A stretch of DNA of 64,000 nt from an uncultured delta proteobacterium. Its GTDB lineage: Bacteria > Desulfobacterota > Desulfobacteria > Desulfobacterales > B30-G6. The stretch is taken from assembly GCA_963823335.1 (NCBI GenBank), contig CAWGLD010000004.1:4382-68381 (forward strand), given 5' to 3'. The notes below the pieces were generated by a model. It ran no database searches. It was not told the DNA's origin and was given only the letters and a program-made list of their open reading frames with translations. Position numbers and translations under genes: made by a program. Below are positions 63,550-64,000 of this stretch, piece by piece (within the stretch, counting starts at the first letter, position 1; each line of letters starts with the position of its first letter).

Positions 63550-64000
63550 ATGACAAAACTTTTCGGCACCGACGGTATCCGGGGAAGGGTCAACCAGTCT
63601 CCCATGACCCCTGAGATGGCATTGAGGGTGGGGAAAGCCGCTGCTGTCTTCTTCCACAGCGATACCTCCCACAAACGTCCCAAAATAGTCATTGGAAGAG
63701 ATACCCGTCTTTCGGGCGCTATGATCGAATCCGCACTGGTATCCGGGTTGTGCGCCCTGGGAGCGGATACATATCTGGCTGGCGTTCTGCCCACTCCGGG
63801 TGTGGCCTGTCTCACCACTCATTTGGGGGCGGATGCCGGTATCGTTGTCTCGGCTTCTCACAACCCCTTTTATGACAACGGGATCAAATTTTTCAACCAC
63901 AGAGGATTCAAACTCAGCGATGCCATGGAAAACGACATGGAACAGTGGATCCTCGATACGCATAGAGAACAACCCTTTATCGCAGATAACGCCATCGGAA
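63550..64000 (+). CDS. glmM: Phosphoglucosamine mutase GlmM, N-terminal 150 codons (runs off window)
   Basis: Absent from the ORF track because there is no stop. MTKLFGTDGIRGRVN...VVSASHNPFYDNGIKFF (active-site Ser). GGAGG lies 9 nt upstream. Confidence 0.93.
   Translation, partial: MTKLFGTDGIRGRVNQSPMTPEMALRVGKAAAVFFHSDTSHKRPKIVIGRDTRLSGAMIESALVSGLCALGADTYLAGVLPTPGVACLTTHLGADAGIVVSASHNPFYDNGIKFFNHRGFKLSDAMENDMEQWILDTHREQPFIADNAIG

Noticed and set aside
63516-63972. Minus-strand ORFs of 100 and 142 aa at the right edge
   Set aside because: They are antisense to glmM (GTDGIRG, SASHNP), which is missing from the track only because it has no stop codon in the window.

Overview
64-kb chromosomal window of mid-range GC. 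The gene content looks like an anaerobic Desulfobacterota/deltaproteobacterium-type genome, but that assignment is inference only. It has three parts.

(i) 1-24.3 kb is a housekeeping block: a membrane protein cut by the window edge, two glycosyltransferases, tRNA-Arg(UCU), rpoH, a TPR protein, a LolB-like lipoprotein, an ATP-grasp ligase, an HD dGTPase-like protein, HIT, mutS, an AmiC-like amidase, EamA, a crotonase, a GAF-GspE ATPase, an M48 protease, queH, yggS and maf. It ends at tRNA-Leu(UAA).

(ii) 24.4-37.4 kb is a decaying accessory tract with no integrase or transposase. It holds tandem truncated FN3-like genes, a 5'-truncated SDR gene, Yip1, a four-helix-bundle (4HB; 23S-IVS-protein/Avd-like) gene, a frameshifted hydrolase, a frameshifted zinc-ribbon gene, two PilZ genes, an AbiEi/AbiEii pair, a histone-H1-like protein and an XPB-like SF2 helicase.

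(iii) 37.4-64 kb holds a radical-SAM gene, two paralogous lipoproteins, USP, a homocysteine methyltransferase, an ABC importer and a DHH-CBS protein. A 12.7-kb minus-strand operon follows: an orphan PfaC/Pfa3-like KS-CLF-AT-DH-DH megasynthase, then oleA-oleB-oleC-oleD, then a stand-alone PocR sensory domain. After it come a ComEA-like gene, a 4HB-4HB-ERCC4 nuclease operon, a wHTH regulator, a beta-helix protein and partial glmM.

The most unusual signal is non-coding. Almost every long spacer is a mosaic of palindromic modules belonging to one architectural family: a long stem built from short periodic words that encloses a 4HB ORF or its remnant. The ends are GGATCATCTCCCAA/TTGGGAGAAGATCC-type inverted termini, and there are AT-rich flanking direct repeats. 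One copy is intact, one is half-deleted, and two share an identical deletion junction. One of those two sits three codons before the stop of a small ORF with a perfect 10-12 bp duplication. This looks like a transposase-less, IVS-like mobile hairpin cassette family. The second point of interest is the physical fusion of a PUFA-synthase-type module lacking ACP, KR and ER with the olefin (ole) pathway. All homology calls come from motif reading by eye; no searches were run.
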